Made by a program: the position numbers and the translations under genes. The notes under the pieces were generated by a model, which was not told the origin of the DNA, did not search any database, and saw only the letters and a program-made list of their open reading frames with translations. This document shows positions 38,468 through 46,045 of a DNA stretch of 64,000 bases, in pieces (within the stretch, counting starts at the first letter, position 1; every line of letters starts with the position of its first letter). The DNA is taken from positions 1,374 through 65,373 of IMG/VR virus record IMGVR_UViG_3300021356_000016; one strand, 5' to 3'. This stretch comes from a virus. Taxonomy: Duplodnaviria > Caudoviricetes.

Positions 38468-38640
38468 GGCTGTCTCATGATTCGTTGATAAACATTTATC
38501 ATACGAATTTTAGTTTGATGCAACATCACGGGTACAGCCTAACAGAAATAGAAAACATGTTTCCGTTTGAAAAACATATTTACTTGCAAATGTTACTTGC
38601 ATTTTTAGAAGAAGAACAAGAACGGATGAAACAACAATAA
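38461..38640 (+). CDS. gp51: Short gp51-like baseplate hub assembly protein, probably the frameshift extension of gp26
   Basis: LSHDSLINIYHTNFSLMQHHGYSLTEIENMFPFEKHIYLQML is the typical short gp51 of aquatic T4-like phages. No start codon with a good RBS. Confidence 0.8.
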   Translation, partial: YIGLSHDSLINIYHTNFSLMQHHGYSLTEIENMFPFEKHIYLQMLLAFLEEEQERMKQQ

Positions 38641-40568
38641 TGGCTTTACCAGTATTACAAAACTCAGGTGGTCCTCTAGCTTTTGCTGGTGGTGGAATGT
38701 TGCCTGACAATCAGGCTGAGCAAATGGCATGGCGTGATGGAATGGCTGCAGCTACACAAGCGATATACAACACATTAACCGACATACTTGATGTACAAAA
38801 AGACATCCTAGCTGTACTTCGAGGCAATGATCTGCAAGCCGACATGGCAGCAGAAGCAGGCACCGTTAAAGATACATCTCTTGATACCAAACAAAAAACC
38901 ACGATGTTTGAAGACCTGAAAAACATTCAAACACAAGCAGGAGATTTTTTAAGTAAATTTATCGTTGCGCTTGGCGCCGCAACTTTGTTATGGGCAAATG
39001 ATCTTGAAAAATATGTAGCAACAGTCTTACTTCCTTCTACTATAGAAAAGTTTAAGTCACTTGCTAGTTTTATAACAAAAATAGTATCCGGTATAAAGAA
39101 AGGGTTTGAACCTATAGTAAGTGCTTTCACCAACTTAGTGAAACCGTTAAAAGACTTTTTGTCTGGTAATCTACAATCACTTGGTGGCTTAGTCAAAGCA
39201 TTTGTAATGAAGTTTGAAAACGTGCAAAAGGCATTTGTGGTTCTAAATGAAGGATCTACAAAGCTTTCAAGTGTTGTTAGTAAAATCAGTGGAGTGCTTG
39301 GAACGATTGGTGGTTTCTTTTCAAATATCTTTACTGTCTTTAAAAGTTTTGTTAGCACATCAAAAACTGTAGGAGCAATCGTTAGCTCTATCAGTAAGCT
39401 CATTGCGCCGGTGAGAACATTCCTATCTAGTTTAGGACCAATCATAACCAAAATATTATGGCCGATCCAAGCAATCATGAGCGTGTTTGATTTTATGAAA
39501 GGATATGCTCAAGCTGAAGGCAATGTTGTAGAAAAGTTTATTGGTGGCATCACTGAAGTTTTTACTGGTCTTTTTGTAAAACCTCTTGACCTACTTAAAG
39601 ATTTGCTTTCTTGGACCTCAGAAAAGTTAGGGTTCACTGGTTTTTCGGAATGGTTGGATTCGTTTTCACTTGAGGATGAGTTTAAATCCATCGTAAAATC
39701 AACAGTCGATTTCTTTAAAGGCATACCTAATATGCTTTTTAAACTTTTTGATGGTGATGAAGACGAACCAGAACCAGCGCAAACACAACGAACTTACATA
39801 GGTGCGGGCGGCAATATTCCTGGTGTGTATAATATGTACGAAGCAGAAAGAGAAAAGAAAGCTGCAGCTGAGGCGGTAACACGAACTAAAAGTAGAGCAG
39901 AAATACGTGCTGCGCGTCGTGCTCGTCTTGATGGCAACGTTTTGGAACGTGGTTCAAGAGCAACTGGCACTGGAGGTTCAGGAGCAATTGCTGGTAGAGT
40001 TGCAGCAGCTCAAACATCATCGGTTTCGAGTGCTGTTGCTGGTGCAACAGCCGCATCAACAAGTGCAAAGTATCCACCGAATACAGTAAGAGGAATCGTG
40101 CATCAAGTAATGCCTGAAGCAACTGAAACAGAAAAGCAAGTTCGTACAGTTATGATTGCTGAGGAGTTAGGATTTGATACCGATAAGCCTTTAAGTAAAG
40201 ACCATATGATTCTTGCCGAAGGTGCAGCATATAAACTTTCCGGTAAGCCAAAACCAACTGGCATTAAGAGTTCAATGGCTGTAGCTGCAGAACAATTATC
40301 TAAAGAACAAAACGCAACCAAAAATCAGTTACAACCAAATGTAACTGTTCCTAGCACTGTTACCTCAGGTATGTCGGCTCAAGCAAAGCAAGCAGAAAGA
40401 GCTAAGTCTCAGGTAAATGTTGCACCTTCTATTGTGAATGCACCAACTACTGTAACAAACAATACTGTAGCTTCTGGTGGAGGTGGATTGAGTGGTATAT
40501 TCTCTAGGTCTTCATCCAATCCTTCTGAAAGACGAGCACCTACAGTAACAATAGGAATCAGAGGATAA
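38640..40568 (+). CDS. Probable tape measure protein (gp29-like)
   Basis: 642 aa, long amphipathic helical region with periodic F/W, NAPTTVTNN C-terminal motif, follows gp26/gp51. Confidence 0.7.
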   Translation: MALPVLQNSGGPLAFAGGGMLPDNQAEQMAWRDGMAAATQAIYNTLTDILDVQKDILAVLRGNDLQADMAAEAGTVKDTSLDTKQKTTMFEDLKNIQTQAGDFLSKFIVALGAATLLWANDLEKYVATVLLPSTIEKFKSLASFITKIVSGIKKGFEPIVSAFTNLVKPLKDFLSGNLQSLGGLVKAFVMKFENVQKAFVVLNEGSTKLSSVVSKISGVLGTIGGFFSNIFTVFKSFVSTSKTVGAIVSSISKLIAPVRTFLSSLGPIITKILWPIQAIMSVFDFMKGYAQAEGNVVEKFIGGITEVFTGLFVKPLDLLKDLLSWTSEKLGFTGFSEWLDSFSLEDEFKSIVKSTVDFFKGIPNMLFKLFDGDEDEPEPAQTQRTYIGAGGNIPGVYNMYEAEREKKAAAEAVTRTKSRAEIRAARRARLDGNVLERGSRATGTGGSGAIAGRVAAAQTSSVSSAVAGATAASTSAKYPPNTVRGIVHQVMPEATETEKQVRTVMIAEELGFDTDKPLSKDHMILAEGAAYKLSGKPKPTGIKSSMAVAAEQLSKEQNATKNQLQPNVTVPSTVTSGMSAQAKQAERAKSQVNVAPSIVNAPTTVTNNTVASGGGGLSGIFSRSSSNPSERRAPTVTIGIRG

Positions 40569-40593
40569 AAAAAGGGGGAGCCGAAGCTCCCCC
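40567..40593 (-). terminator. Intrinsic terminator with cUUCGg tetraloop (gp32 transcript)
   Basis: Minus strand GGGGGAGC TTCG GCTCCCCC TTTTTTT, between convergent genes. Confidence 0.9.
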
Positions 40594-40602
40594 GAGAAGA
40601 AG

Positions 40603-41475
40603 TTAGTCTTCTTCAGCTAAGGATTTAAAGAAACTCATATCGTCATCATCGTCATCAGCAGTTGCTAGAGCAGGCTGTTTTGCAGGCACATCCCATTCAT
40701 CTTCAACTGAAGATGCAGCAGCTGTTTCTTTATGTTCAACAACGTTGAGTGCAAGAACACGATTGAGTTTAGTCTTCAGTTCATCATATGATTTGAAGTT
40801 TTTAGGATCAAGGAAATCATTCAGTGAATACTGCGACTTCCAAATCTTTTCCATTTCTTCATCATCTCCTAACGACGAAGTAGATTCAAACTCAGACTTA
40901 TCGTAGTTTGGATAACCTTCAAACTTTCTGATCTTCAACCGGAAGTTTGCACCTTCCCAAAAATCAAATGGGTTAACCGGAGCTTCATCATCAAACTCAG
41001 GATGCATTTGATCGTTGATCTTATCAAAGATTTTCTTACCGTACTTGTAAAGATAAACATTGCCTTCACGTTCTGGTCGTGCTGGATCTTTGACTACGTA
41101 AATGTTTGAGATGTAGTTAAGGCGGCGCTTTTGATCACGTGCTTGTTGTTTGCCAGCATCGGTGCCGTTGTTCCAAAGCTGTGAGTTCAAATCACCGCAA
41201 GGATCCTTTTCACCAATGGTAGTTAGACTGTTTTCAATGTACCAACCACCCGGACCTTGGAATCCATGGCTAAACAATCTCACATATGGTAGATCTTCGC
41301 CTGCTGATGGAGGAAGAAACCGAATGATAGCTGAGCCATTCCCGGCTTTGTCTACTTCTGGTTTCCAAAAACGGTCGTCCTGCGCACGGTTTGTGTTTTG
41401 TACTTTGTTTGTCTCGGAGACAATCTTGTCGTACATCGACTTGCTGGATTTTTTTAACTCTGAAAATGTGGTCAT
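40603..41475 (-). CDS. gp32: Single-stranded DNA-binding protein gp32
   Basis: DDRFWKPEVDKAGNGSAIIRFLP, HGFQGPGGWYIENSLTT, NPFDFWEGANFRLKI, acidic tail. Confidence 0.97.
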   Translation of the reverse strand: MTTFSELKKSSKSMYDKIVSETNKVQNTNRAQDDRFWKPEVDKAGNGSAIIRFLPPSAGEDLPYVRLFSHGFQGPGGWYIENSLTTIGEKDPCGDLNSQLWNNGTDAGKQQARDQKRRLNYISNIYVVKDPARPEREGNVYLYKYGKKIFDKINDQMHPEFDDEAPVNPFDFWEGANFRLKIRKFEGYPNYDKSEFESTSSLGDDEEMEKIWKSQYSLNDFLDPKNFKSYDELKTKLNRVLALNVVEHKETAAASSVEDEWDVPAKQPALATADDDDDDMSFFKSLAEED

Positions 41476-41538
41476 ATGTATTACCTCGTATTTTTCTGTA
41501 TGTTGTATTGTCCACGTTATTCATTATGTAACTAGTAT

Positions 41539-41568
41539 ATGGTATCATGTGATAGACCGTATTGTCAA
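41539..41568 (-). promoter_or_regulatory. Sigma70-like promoter for gp32
   Basis: TTGACA-N18-TACCAT with an extended -10 TG, inside the end of gp59. Confidence 0.5.
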
Positions 41569-42168
41569 CAGTCTTCGTTTAACTAGCTCCCTATATTTTT
41601 TCTTATCAATAGAGAAAAAGCCAACTGATTTTTCTATCTTCTTCATCACCTCCTCTGCAACTGGATCTTTTAGTTTTAAGTGCCAATGCTCTAAGTATAA
41701 ACCTAGAACCTGTAGTATGACAAGTGTGTTTAGTGAGATTTGTTTTCCTAAATACCACTTCAATAAAGGTGGGTGCTGACCGCACTTTACTCGAATCACA
41801 TCATCGACTGTAAGGTCATCATCATGCATACAATCTTGTATAAATGAAAGATCATTCTGAAATTGATAAGTCATTCCTTCATTTTCTATCTTCCACTGTT
41901 TGTATGTTTGTTCACTCATATTACCCACCCAAACATTCGTGTCTTCTAAAAAATTAGATAGGAAAAAATCTTTGACCTTTGGACCAAACTTCTTTTCTAT
42001 CTTTTGGAATATGTATTTATCTTTTCGCCTTTCAAATGCGGCAGCGCTTACCTTTACCTTTCCGTTATATGTATGGAAATTGTAGTCACTATTGAAGTGT
42101 TTTTTTAACGCAAGATACGTCTTATATGCTTCGTAACCAGAGGACATATTAGATCGGTAGTGTAGCAA
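41545..42168 (-). CDS. gp59: Helicase loader gp59
   Basis: YKTYLALKKHF...YNFHTYNGK, FERRKDKYIF, GQHPPLLK.YL...IS. gp33-gp59-gp32 synteny. Confidence 0.9.
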   Translation of the reverse strand: MLHYRSNMSSGYEAYKTYLALKKHFNSDYNFHTYNGKVKVSAAAFERRKDKYIFQKIEKKFGPKVKDFFLSNFLEDTNVWVGNMSEQTYKQWKIENEGMTYQFQNDLSFIQDCMHDDDLTVDDVIRVKCGQHPPLLKWYLGKQISLNTLVILQVLGLYLEHWHLKLKDPVAEEVMKKIEKSVGFFSIDKKKYRELVKRRLLTIRSIT

Positions 42169-42379
42169 ACTTAGTATTCTCCTTCAACAAGTTAGACTGA
42201 TTTGCTTCTAACTCTATCATTATACGAATTTTCTCATTTAAAAGTGATGCAGCAGACTCTATTTCTATGTTGTTTTTCTCACAGTAATAGCATATTGCAT
42301 CTATATAGTCTATTTTCTTTTCATTAACTAATCTTTCTATTACTAATGAGAAAGAAGTTTTGTTGAACAACATCATCAT
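42149..42379 (-). CDS. gp33: Late transcription coactivator gp33
   Basis: FSLVIE..V....DYIDAI..YCE.N.IE.ES, EA...NLLK, LPI end. Confidence 0.9.
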   Translation of the reverse strand: MMMLFNKTSFSLVIERLVNEKKIDYIDAICYYCEKNNIEIESAASLLNEKIRIMIELEANQSNLLKENTKFATLPI

Positions 42380-42780
42380 CTCCTATAAAAAATATGATTT
42401 CCAATCGTAACGGTTTTCTTCAATTTACTGGCCCAGTAAGGATTGCTCCTTGTTGTATGGAAATAGATTGAACCATACGTAGGATCCTTATACTTACCTC
42501 TCAGTATTTTTGAACTCAATTTTTTAATGCGCTTATACAGTTTTTTATCTTTTGGAACATCTGATATTTTATCATGTGTCCAAGAAAACTGTTTGTGTTG
42601 ATAGACTACTTCGCAAATTGAGTTAGGATATTTTTTTGATCTAACACGACTCAACGTAACGTGCCCAACTGCAATTTGTCCTTGTTTTGATTCACCTCTT
42701 GCCTCATGGTATATGTTTAGTGTCAAACAATCTAGAGGCGTAGCAGCTAAGGCAGCTGCTACTATCATTTCTTTAGACAT
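42376..42780 (-). CDS. SleB/Hydrolase_2 cell wall hydrolase
   Basis: CLTLNIYHEARGE, VTLSRV...YPNSICEVVYQ..QFSW, PYWA, IGNHIFY. Confidence 0.9.
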   Translation of the reverse strand: MSKEMIVAAALAATPLDCLTLNIYHEARGESKQGQIAVGHVTLSRVRSKKYPNSICEVVYQHKQFSWTHDKISDVPKDKKLYKRIKKLSSKILRGKYKDPTYGSIYFHTTRSNPYWASKLKKTVTIGNHIFYRR

Positions 42781-42782
42781 AG

Positions 42783-43001
42783 TTACTTCTTGTTTATAAA
42801 ACCTTGTAGTTTTTCTGCCTGTTTTATGATCTCTTCCGGTGTAATCATTTTTGGCAAATATTTTTCCGCTTCTTTATAGAGCTCTTTATTTGCCTCAAAT
42901 GCTTTCCATGCTAAGTCCAGATTCATCTGATATTGCCTGTCAAGATTATCCTTTGCCATCTGGAGTAGATAAAGCCTTACTTCATATGGTGATTTGCTCA
43001 T
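42783..43001 (-). CDS. Conserved small phage protein
   Basis: MSKSPYEVRLYLLQMAKD...PEEIIKQAEKLQGFI. ATG 43001 has a GGAGG RBS. Confidence 0.7.
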   Translation of the reverse strand: MSKSPYEVRLYLLQMAKDNLDRQYQMNLDLAWKAFEANKELYKEAEKYLPKMITPEEIIKQAEKLQGFINKK

Positions 43002-43002
43002 C

Positions 43003-43164
43003 TTAGATTCCTCCGTAACCTGCTTTGCGCAGCTTTGCATCAAGGTCTACACGGTCGACCGCAGATTCTAGATCTGCACGGTGACGACGATAATAGATTG
43101 CCGAACGTGTGACAGCTTCTCTTGCTGCAATCCAAGACTTGAACCAATTTTTAATTTTACTCAT
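43003..43164 (-). CDS. Small protein (DUF3563-like)
   Basis: ATG 43164 with AGGAG RBS; LESAVDRVDLDAKLR motif. Confidence 0.55.
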   Translation of the reverse strand: MSKIKNWFKSWIAAREAVTRSAIYYRRHRADLESAVDRVDLDAKLRKAGYGGI

Positions 43165-43198
43165 AACTTTTCTCCTGTGTGTGTTGTGTGTGTAAAAT

Positions 43199-43520
43199 TT
43201 GCTCCGTTTGGGCAAAAAGGACGGAGCAACTCCTCCTGCTACTCTTAGGCAGCTAGAGCCGTTTCAGGCTCAAAGTAAGCATCGTTTGCGTTTACTTTAG
43301 TTTGCTAGTTTTACATCATTCGCCTGATGAATCGTCAGTTTACCTTATCTCACCACGTCGAAACCTTGTCACCCCCATCAAAAGTACTCGCACCATTCCC
43401 TACGGGCAGTTGGTTGGTGGTCCTCGTCTGCCAACGATTGTTCGAGTACTTTTGGTGGAGGTGGGGAGAATCGAACTCCCGTCCGCAATGCCTCCAGTTT
43501 ACATCATACGATTATTCTGA
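43199..43520 (-). ncRNA. ssrA: Circularly permuted (two-piece) tmRNA
   Basis: Acceptor piece ends GGGAG-TTCGATT-CTCCC-CACCTCC-A-CCA (last base 43453). A 76-nt intervening segment follows. Coding piece starts GGGGGTGACAAGGTTTCGAC at 43376. 7-bp acceptor stem with G3.U70. Tag ANDAYFEPETALAA-TAA at 43289-43245. Outer ends approximate. Confidence 0.93.
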
Positions 43521-43523
43521 TTA

Positions 43524-43607
43524 AGAAACATACTAGGTTTTGGATTCGAACCTTGTCCTAGTGTTGTCCATCTGCACGTCCCACCGTACTGAACCTAGTA
43601 TGTTTCT
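43524..43607 (-). ncRNA. Putative structured RNA: 16-bp closing stem with tRNA-like loops
   Basis: Perfect inverted repeat 43524-43539/43592-43607 enclosing GTACG-GTGGGA-CGTGC and GG-TTCGAAT-CC. Confidence 0.5.
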
Positions 43608-43648
43608 ATTTATGTATCTATTCTAACAAGTACTAATCACAATGTCAA
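43607..43648 (-). promoter_or_regulatory. Sigma70 promoter plus late-promoter-like motif driving the hairpin/tmRNA unit
   Basis: TTGACA (43648-43643)-N17-TAGAAT (43625-43620), then CATAAATA (43614-43607). Confidence 0.75.
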
Positions 43649-43651
43649 TAG

Positions 43652-44041
43652 TTAAACGGGTCCGACTGTGCCTTCAAGAACTTGTTTTCCTTTTTCAATC
43701 ACACAATAAAAGTTCCCATCTGTTCTTACAATAGCAAATTCATTTGTGTTTTCATTGTGATAAAACAAAACATATATACTATCTTCATTTACAAGTTCAG
43801 TCTTTGCCGTGAACTTAGAAAAAGTATAACCTTCTATATCAACAAGTTTCTTAAAGTTCTTTTTGTCCGTGCAAAAAATTGGCATAGTAAATATTTGCAT
43901 CTCTGGTTTATCACTTTCCTGCATTTCTTCTTTTGGCTCTACTTTCTTTTCCCAAAACGGAGATGGGATTGACGTTTGCGCATTTGCATATTGTGCAAAT
44001 GTAGCCAAAAGAACGATGCTTAAAAACGGTAGTATATTCAT
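43652..44041 (-). CDS. Exported hypothetical protein
   Basis: Signal peptide (MNILPFLSIVLLATFAQYANA) and two Cys. Confidence 0.65.
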   Translation of the reverse strand: MNILPFLSIVLLATFAQYANAQTSIPSPFWEKKVEPKEEMQESDKPEMQIFTMPIFCTDKKNFKKLVDIEGYTFSKFTAKTELVNEDSIYVLFYHNENTNEFAIVRTDGNFYCVIEKGKQVLEGTVGPV

Positions 44042-44688
44042 AGTGCTAACCTCTCTGTGAAAAATTTGTGTTCTCTGTAATCATTTGGATTTGATAAGAA
44101 CGTTTGTGGTTTATCATTTTCAACAGCAATCAGAACAATGTTATGATGAATCTCATCGCCGTACATTTCTTCAAACATGAAAGAATATGCAGCACACTGT
44201 AGAAAATAGTCTTCAATAGATTCTTGTTTCTTTTGACGAGAAGAAGTCTTGAAATCTATAACACAACGAAAGCCATCACAGTTGGCAATGCAATCGACCT
44301 GTCCTGCTAGCTTATACTTATGTGAGAATAGAAATGCTTCTTGCATGTACACACTTGCGATGTTCGTGTCAAGATATCCTTGTATCGATTTGAACAACTG
44401 CACGTGTGGTGGCATGTGACCTTCAAGGTAGTCCTGTTTACCATTAAGATAATCCTCAATGATTTTATGAACCTTTGTACCTCTTTTTGAAGCAACTCGA
44501 GAAACTCGGTTTGCTTCTTCCTCGCCTACTCTTTTTCGCCATTCAAAAAAAGCTTTCTTGTTATTTGATGCTTTGCCGATAGCCGTCGTTACGCTTTCAT
44601 ACTTTTCGTCTGTACCAGGTATTTGATACATACGACCCTCGGGTGTGGTTACCCGTTTCATAGTATATGGTTGGTATTGTTTCACCAT
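44038..44688 (-). CDS. PD-(D/E)XK exonuclease (phage Cas4-like)
   Basis: YESVTT, WRKRVGEEEANR, RGTKVH, AGQVDCIA, IDFKTS, YFLQCAAY. Confidence 0.88.
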   Translation of the reverse strand: MVKQYQPYTMKRVTTPEGRMYQIPGTDEKYESVTTAIGKASNNKKAFFEWRKRVGEEEANRVSRVASKRGTKVHKIIEDYLNGKQDYLEGHMPPHVQLFKSIQGYLDTNIASVYMQEAFLFSHKYKLAGQVDCIANCDGFRCVIDFKTSSRQKKQESIEDYFLQCAAYSFMFEEMYGDEIHHNIVLIAVENDKPQTFLSNPNDYREHKFFTERLAL

Positions 44689-44996
44689 TTGATTTCTTTC
44701 TTTTTCCGTAAGTGTTTATCAACAAGTTGTCTACGTTTTACTGATTTAGAATCCTTTGAACCATACTTATCAGCATGTGGACTGTATGGATTTGCATCAG
44801 CAACCTTTGACATTACTTCACTAAATGCGCCATCAGTTCGACCTTTTAGATTAACACCAGCAACAATCGATGGTGCTTGTGGTACTTGTTTAACGTGTGG
44901 GTTTTCTTTTAGAAAATCAGTCATTGCACTGATAGAACAAAGTTCTTCCCAGTATTCATCCGACTCGGTATTATGAAAAATGTAAGTCGGCATCAT
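44682..44996 (-). CDS. Conserved T4-like phage protein (degenerate FmdB-like)
   Basis: MPTYIF.N...E, FLKENPH, F.EVMSKV...P pattern. Confidence 0.7.
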   Translation of the reverse strand: MMPTYIFHNTESDEYWEELCSISAMTDFLKENPHVKQVPQAPSIVAGVNLKGRTDGAFSEVMSKVADANPYSPHADKYGSKDSKSVKRRQLVDKHLRKKKEIKW

Positions 44997-45313
44997 TCTT
45001 CTCCTTTGTAGTATCGTTCATTGTAATAGTCCAACATTCGTTTCATCACTCTGTCTTCTTGACTATATTCATTCTTATATAGTCCATTGAAACTAGCCTT
45101 TGGATGAGTACGATTCAGTTCAAACTTACCGCACCAATAATCTAATCGTTGAACATTCATAACTTCAGGCGCATATCTACATTCACCAGCTGAATCGGAT
45201 AGACAAAAAACTTCGTTATACTTATTCGCTTTTTCTAATTCTTCGTCATGATACTGATAAAAATAAACGCACATATCACAAGACCATTTTTCTGGATTTG
45301 TGTGTTCAGCCAT
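44993..45313 (-). CDS. Cys-rich hypothetical protein
   Basis: CDMCVYF, GECRYAP, DYWCGKF. Start placed at ATG 45313. Confidence 0.6.
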   Translation of the reverse strand: MAEHTNPEKWSCDMCVYFYQYHDEELEKANKYNEVFCLSDSAGECRYAPEVMNVQRLDYWCGKFELNRTHPKASFNGLYKNEYSQEDRVMKRMLDYYNERYYKGEE

Positions 45314-45491
45314 CACTCGTACTCCGTTCCCATTGTAGAGTGATAGTATCATTAGTTGCATTTAACAGAACTCTTACGTTATCACTTACACCAATATGCT
45401 TAGACCTTACGAGTTCAATCAGCGTTTCACGACTGATTACAAGTTCATTGAACTCAACAGTTTTAGTTTTAACAAGTTTTTCTAAGTTCAT
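45306..45491 (-). CDS. Small hypothetical protein
   Basis: ATGA overlap with the upstream gene; fills the operon gap. Confidence 0.5.
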   Translation of the reverse strand: MNLEKLVKTKTVEFNELVISRETLIELVRSKHIGVSDNVRVLLNATNDTITLQWERSTSDG

Positions 45492-46045
45492 GCTGCTTCG
45501 CTCCACCAGGTTGGTACTTCACGACGAGTCCATTTTGCAAAGTCTTTCTTTGCTTTTAGATAATAATTACGATATGATGTAACCGCATCTTCCACAATGC
45601 ACTCAGGATAATGCTGCATTGCTTTTGCAAACGGTGTTAATTTGCCAACAGGTAAATTATCTGGCACAATAGCTAATATCGTACCAATATCATTCTTAAA
45701 AAAAGCTGCGTGTTTCTTGCCATACCTGTATGTATATTCAAAAGAAAGAGCACTGTAGTGATTATACAGCCAGGAGTAATTAGCCGATGATTGCATAATC
45801 CATTGAGTACATGGATGATTAACGTGGCAAGCCTTCATTAGTATATTTTCACGAAAGTCTGATAAAGCCCAGTACTTAGGATTTGTTTTACCGGATTTAG
45901 ATGGCCGCCGTGTTTCTATACCATCAAGTACACGATGAGCTGTCGATAACATTTGTGCTGATTCTGTTACCATTTTAACAACGTGCTTATCGCACATCAT
46001 AACAGCAGATTCTACGGGAGACTTGTCAAGGACAAAAATGTTCAT
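45488..46045 (-). CDS. Pyrimidine dimer DNA glycosylase/DenV-like protein
   Basis: MNIFVLD......CDKHVVKM..ESAQMLSTAH, HVNHPC..W, EYTYRYGKKH, YRNYY. Confidence 0.75.
   Translation of the reverse strand: MNIFVLDKSPVESAVMMCDKHVVKMVTESAQMLSTAHRVLDGIETRRPSKSGKTNPKYWALSDFRENILMKACHVNHPCTQWIMQSSANYSWLYNHYSALSFEYTYRYGKKHAAFFKNDIGTILAIVPDNLPVGKLTPFAKAMQHYPECIVEDAVTSYRNYYLKAKKDFAKWTRREVPTWWSEAA

Noticed and set aside
43453-43486. Isolated tRNA 3' half as an attP site or tRNA fragment
   Set aside because: It pairs with the GGGGGTG 5' end 76 nt away and is explained as the tmRNA acceptor piece. No integrase is present.
43302-43524. Plus-strand ORFs of 72 and 65 aa (WWRWGESNSRP)
   Set aside because: They are the antisense reading of the tmRNA T arm and acceptor end.
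44038-44688. Cas4-like nuclease as evidence for CRISPR-Cas
   Set aside because: Stand-alone PD-(D/E)XK exonuclease common in T4-like phages. No cas genes or array nearby.
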